This document shows positions 5,167 through 9,159 of a stretch of 9,159 nt of DNA, piece after piece (positions within the stretch are counted from its first letter, which is position 1; each line of letters starts with the position of its first letter). The notes below the pieces were generated by a model. That model was given only the letters and a program-made list of their open reading frames with translations. It was not told the DNA's origin and did no database searches. The position numbers and the translations under genes are program-made. The stretch lies in the IMG/VR virus record IMGVR_UViG_2671181028_000018; one strand, 5' to 3'. The DNA is from a virus (Duplodnaviria > Heunggongvirae > Uroviricota > Caudoviricetes).

Positions 5167-8100
5167 ATGAGTGATGATAGCTATAAATTTCAAAAGTTAA
5201 CGCCGTTCAGCGATGTTGAGCTGGGTGTATATAAAAATGCGATAGATTTTGTTTTTGCCAATAACGATCTAAAAAATGTTGCGATATCAGGGCAATATAG
5301 CGCAGGAAAAAGTAGTCTTATCGAATCCTATAAGAAAAGTCATTCAAATATAAAGTTTGTTCATATCTCACTTGCTCATTTCAGATCGATTGAGGAAGCT
5401 GAAACTAATGAACCAAGTAAAGATATAAATGAAACCGCGTTAGAAGGTAAAGTTCTTAACCAGTTAATTCACCAAATTAATGCTGATGATATTCCCCAGA
5501 CACATTTTAAAGTAAAGAAAAAAATAAAAACTAACAACATTGTGATAAACACCATCTTTACGGTGTTATTTATCGCCATGATACTACATATCACGCTATT
5601 TAATAAGTGGGAAAAGTTTGTTTCACTTTTATCTGAAGGTAATATAAAGACACTACTTACATTATCAACTAAATACGATACGCTTTTAATTAGTGGGTTT
5701 ATATGTACTATCCTATCTTGTATTTTCATTTACAAGTTAATAAAAACCCAAAAGAATCGTAATGTTCTTAAGAAAATAAATTTACAGGGTAATGAAATAG
5801 AGATTTTTGAAGAAAGTAACGAGTCTTATTTCGATAGATATTTAAATGAAGTATTGTACCTTTTCGAGAACGTTGATGCTGATGCCATTGTTTTTGAAGA
5901 CATGGACCGTTTTAATAGTAATAACATCTTTGAACGTCTTCATGAGGTTAACAGACTGGTTAATATTCAACGGGACACAGCAGGGCACAAGAAATCGACG
6001 TTACGTTTTATTTACTTGCTTCGTGATGATATCTTCATTTCGAAGGATAGAACCAAATTCTTTGATTATATCATTCCAGTTATTCCTGTTGTTGATAGTT
6101 CTAACTCTTACGATCAGTTTATCACACATTTTGATGGTGGTGGTATTCTCAAGTTGTTCAATGAAAGATTTCTACAAGGGATGTCTTTATATATTGATGA
6201 TATGAGAATATTGAAGAATATTTATAACGAATTTCAAATTTATTATAACAAATTAAACACGACAGAACTTGACTGTAATAAAATGTTGGCCATTATTGCC
6301 TATAAGAATATTTTCCCAAGAGATTTTAGTGAGTTGCAACTTAATCAAGGTATGGTTTATACCATATTTAGTGAAAAAGACAACCTTATTATTGAAGAAA
6401 TAAAGAAAATAGAAAAAGATATTAGAGATAGAAAAAAAGAGATTGAGGCAATCAATGATGAAATACTCAACTCTAGTCAGGAGGTTGATGCTATATACGA
6501 TAAGGAATTATCTAGATATAATAATCATCCTCACTATAATCAGGCTGAGAAAGCTGATATAGCAAAGAGAAGGGCGGCTAGAAAAGAAAGTGTTGAAAAT
6601 AAATTTAATGGTAAAATAGAAGAAATTAATGAGCTTATATCAAGATCAAGAGAAAGTTTGGTTGATTCTAGAAACAAAAGACTTAAAGAAGTAATAACTA
6701 GAGAAAACATTGATGAAATATTTAAACTCACCTATACCAATGAAATTGGAGAGGAAAGAGACTTTAATGAAATAAAAAGCAGTGAGCATTTTGACTTGCT
6801 TAAATACCTTATTCGTGATGGTTATATTGATGAAACCTATACCGACTATATGACCTATTTTTATGAAAATAGCCTGAGTCGAATTGATAAGATGTTTTTA
6901 CGCAGCATTACCGATCAAAAAGGCAAAGAGTTCACTTATCAACTCAAGAACCCCAAGCTGGTCGTTGCCCGCCTTCGAGAAGTGGATTTTGAACAGGAAG
7001 AGGCGCTTAATTTTGATTTATTAGCTTATCTGCTTCAAACGCCAGCCCAGGTAAACTTAATAAAACGTTTATTCAAACAACTAAGAAAAGATAGAAGAGT
7101 TGAGTTTATTCGTGGTTACTTTGAAACTGAGAGGGCTCAGCCTGTCTTCATTAATCGATTAAATACACAGTGGCCTGAGTTTTTTTCTTATGCGCTGACA
7201 GAGAGTGAATTTTCTGCTGATTGGGTTAAACTCTACTCTATAGGCACGTTTTATTATTCTGCCAATGACGCCATCGAGGCCATTAATATTGATGATTGTC
7301 TGACTGATTACATCTCTGATTCGGCAGGTTATTTAGCAATATCAGAACCGAAGGTTGACAAATTAATTAGTGGTTTTAAGTTGCTTAACGTCTCTTTTGT
7401 CAGTATTAAATTTGAAAACGCAAATAAAGTACTCTTTGATGCGGTTTACCAGCATTCACTTTATGATATTAATTTTTCCAACCTGACCTTAATGCTGAGT
7501 AAGGTTTACACGCTTAATAGTGAAGATGATATTCGCCATAAGAACTATACACTAGTGATGTCACAACCTGATTCTCCCTTGGCTAGTTATGTTAATAACC
7601 ATATTAGGGACTATCTGGATATGGTTTTATCTAGTTGTGATGGTTCAATCGTGGATGATGAATCCATTGTTTTATCCGTTCTTAATAATGAGGGAATATC
7701 TGATGAACAAAAAGGCCAGTATATAAACGCTTTGCAAACTTTCGTGACATCTCTGAGTGAGGTTGAGAGCGAATCTTTATGGTCATCTTTGTTGGATAAA
7801 GATAGAGCAGTGTGCTCTGAGGAAAATATTGTCTCTTATTTTGAACATGTTGATGGACTGGATGACTCACTTATCGAATTTATCAATAGAACTGATGTAG
7901 ACCTGAATTTTCAAAATATTAATATTGATAACGAGCTTAAAGGTAAATTATTTAAATCGATTGTTATCTGTAATGATTTATCAAATGATAAATATGAAAA
8001 ATTAATTTGCTCACTAAATATTATTTGTAAAACATCCTTTAGCGCTAGTAATATCGCGAGTGATAAGTTCAAAATATTAGTGGATAAAAATATTATTCGT

Positions 8101-8799
8101 ATGAATGTTGCGCCACTTAATTTCATACGAGATAACTATTCAGAGCAACTTTCCTATTATATTCATAAGAATATCAGGGCATACGTTGAATTAATGACGA
8201 TTGATAACTTTATTTTGGATGAGGCTATATCAATACTTTCTTGGAAAGTTGATGATGATTTGAAAGTTAAGCTACTCGAGTTTGTTAAAACTCCGTTGGC
8301 TATTTATAGTAAGAATTACTCTCAGGTCGTTAATGACTATATTTTAGAAAATAATTTTAAACCAGATGAACTTCTAATCTTGACGTCATCTTATAAAACT
8401 TGGGGAACCTCTACTCAGTCGCTCATCTTGAGTCGAGCAATACAGGATATATCAGCATTGATAGCAAGTCCTAATGATGTTTCTGAACCGTTACTAAAAA
8501 ACCTGTTTGTCGCAGAGGGACTGAATATGCAGAATAAAATAGCACTGCTAATCGCTTTGTTGCCGGGTAAGGATTTGAGTAAGACGACTTGCAAAGAGTA
8601 TCTTGATCTGCTTGGTTTATCGGAGTTCAGTAAAATTTTGGGGCGAGGCAAACCTAAAATTGAAGTTGATTCAACTAATCAAAGTTTATTAACAGCATTA
8701 AGAGATAACCACTTCTTCTCTGATTTTGAGGTGGATAATGAAAATCCCACTTATTATAAAATAACAAGGCGGCGCTCTATGTTTGGCTCAGATACATAG
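5167..8799 (+). CDS. Large P-loop NTPase with transmembrane insertion in the NTPase domain (KAP-type / YobI-like / Tmn-like), 1210 aa
   Basis: ORF-track ORF. Walker A GQYSAGKS (5290..5313). Two hydrophobic helices between the Walker motifs: IVINTIFTVLFIAMILHITLF (about 5536..5601) and LLISGFICTILSCIFIYKLI (about 5680..5745). Walker B IVFEDMDR (5887..5910), matching the hhhhDDxDR form typical of KAP NTPases. A Lys/Glu-rich coiled-coil-like stretch (roughly residues 400 to 520) and a long C-terminal region without recognisable motifs follow. Codon usage is strongly A/T-biased, unlike the flanks. Confidence 0.9.
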   Translation: MSDDSYKFQKLTPFSDVELGVYKNAIDFVFANNDLKNVAISGQYSAGKSSLIESYKKSHSNIKFVHISLAHFRSIEEAETNEPSKDINETALEGKVLNQLIHQINADDIPQTHFKVKKKIKTNNIVINTIFTVLFIAMILHITLFNKWEKFVSLLSEGNIKTLLTLSTKYDTLLISGFICTILSCIFIYKLIKTQKNRNVLKKINLQGNEIEIFEESNESYFDRYLNEVLYLFENVDADAIVFEDMDRFNSNNIFERLHEVNRLVNIQRDTAGHKKSTLRFIYLLRDDIFISKDRTKFFDYIIPVIPVVDSSNSYDQFITHFDGGGILKLFNERFLQGMSLYIDDMRILKNIYNEFQIYYNKLNTTELDCNKMLAIIAYKNIFPRDFSELQLNQGMVYTIFSEKDNLIIEEIKKIEKDIRDRKKEIEAINDEILNSSQEVDAIYDKELSRYNNHPHYNQAEKADIAKRRAARKESVENKFNGKIEEINELISRSRESLVDSRNKRLKEVITRENIDEIFKLTYTNEIGEERDFNEIKSSEHFDLLKYLIRDGYIDETYTDYMTYFYENSLSRIDKMFLRSITDQKGKEFTYQLKNPKLVVARLREVDFEQEEALNFDLLAYLLQTPAQVNLIKRLFKQLRKDRRVEFIRGYFETERAQPVFINRLNTQWPEFFSYALTESEFSADWVKLYSIGTFYYSANDAIEAINIDDCLTDYISDSAGYLAISEPKVDKLISGFKLLNVSFVSIKFENANKVLFDAVYQHSLYDINFSNLTLMLSKVYTLNSEDDIRHKNYTLVMSQPDSPLASYVNNHIRDYLDMVLSSCDGSIVDDESIVLSVLNNEGISDEQKGQYINALQTFVTSLSEVESESLWSSLLDKDRAVCSEENIVSYFEHVDGLDDSLIEFINRTDVDLNFQNINIDNELKGKLFKSIVICNDLSNDKYEKLICSLNIICKTSFSASNIASDKFKILVDKNIIRMNVAPLNFIRDNYSEQLSYYIHKNIRAYVELMTIDNFILDEAISILSWKVDDDLKVKLLEFVKTPLAIYSKNYSQVVNDYILENNFKPDELLILTSSYKTWGTSTQSLILSRAIQDISALIASPNDVSEPLLKNLFVAEGLNMQNKIALLIALLPGKDLSKTTCKEYLDLLGLSEFSKILGRGKPKIEVDSTNQSLLTALRDNHFFSDFEVDNENPTYYKITRRRSMFGSDT

Positions 8800-8820
8800 C
8801 ATTATGTATTTTTCTACAGT

Positions 8821-8848
8821 TTGGGCACTTTTATAGTGCCCAATTTTT
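8821..8848 (+). terminator. Rho-independent terminator of the NTPase gene
   Basis: Perfect 9-bp stem TTGGGCACT (8821..8829) / AGTGCCCAA (8835..8843), 5-nt loop TTTAT, then TTTTT (8844..8848); starts 22 nt after the TAG stop (8797..8799). Confidence 0.65.
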
Positions 8849-9159
8849 ACGCTGAAACTTACGCAGATAATCTGACTTTTTCCCAGTTGACGAGTACACC
8901 TAGGTGTTCGTGAAGCCCTCAGTGTGTTGGGACAGATGCGAGCGTCCGCTCTTCGCTCAAAGCGGCCTAGAAGGTTAGCTTGCGTCGGACTTGGCGTATT
9001 TAAAGAAGTGCTGGTGGTGACTGGTTGTTGTGTTCCATTTCTACAGAACAAAATCACAGAAACTATACCCAATAGTTGGATTTGCCCCTATATTTCCAGA
9101 CATCTGTTATCACTTAACCCATTACAAGCCCGCTGCCGCAGATATTCCCGTGGCGAGCG

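Noticed and set aside
5469-8651. Several 60 to 120-aa ORFs inside the NTPase gene (5469..5729 -, 5846..6205 +, 6540..6731 -, 7682..7870 -, 7911..8126 -, 8415..8651 -)
   Set aside because: All lie within the long, well-supported 1210-aa frame, either antisense or out of frame; AT-rich sequence gives few stops on some alternative frames.
8811-9047. 9-bp direct repeat TTTCTACAG (8811..8819 and 9039..9047) as a possible insertion target duplication
   Set aside because: Short enough to occur by chance; both copies lie on the same side of the cassette rather than flanking it.
8788-9072. Minus-strand 94-aa ORF after the cassette
   Set aside because: Would run through the terminator hairpin and overlap the end of the NTPase gene; Arg/Thr-rich; no RBS.
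1-9159. tRNA, rRNA, integrase, transposase or IS elements
   Set aside because: No tRNA-like T-arm or acceptor motifs, no long terminal inverted repeats, and no recombinase-like ORF recognised in this window.

Overview
This window reads as part of a lambdoid (Rac / CP-933P-like) prophage. From left to right: a leftward early operon of small proteins (98..1748, minus strand); an immunity switch in which a 158-aa HTH repressor (1986..2462, minus) is flanked by two inverted operator/promoter regions built from TAGG-N5-CCTA sites; a rightward early operon with YdaS-like and YdaT-like regulators and a replication-initiator-like protein whose coding sequence carries iteron-like repeats (2587..4304); a 140-aa hypothetical gene; and an AT-rich cassette carrying one 1210-aa P-loop NTPase with two transmembrane helices between Walker A and Walker B (5167..8799), followed by a clear intrinsic terminator. 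The NTPase cassette is the most interesting object: a compositionally foreign, single-gene cargo consistent with a KAP-type (Tmn/YobI-like) candidate anti-phage system. All calls are by eye from sequence and the ORF track; no database search or computed statistics were available, and family names are from memory.
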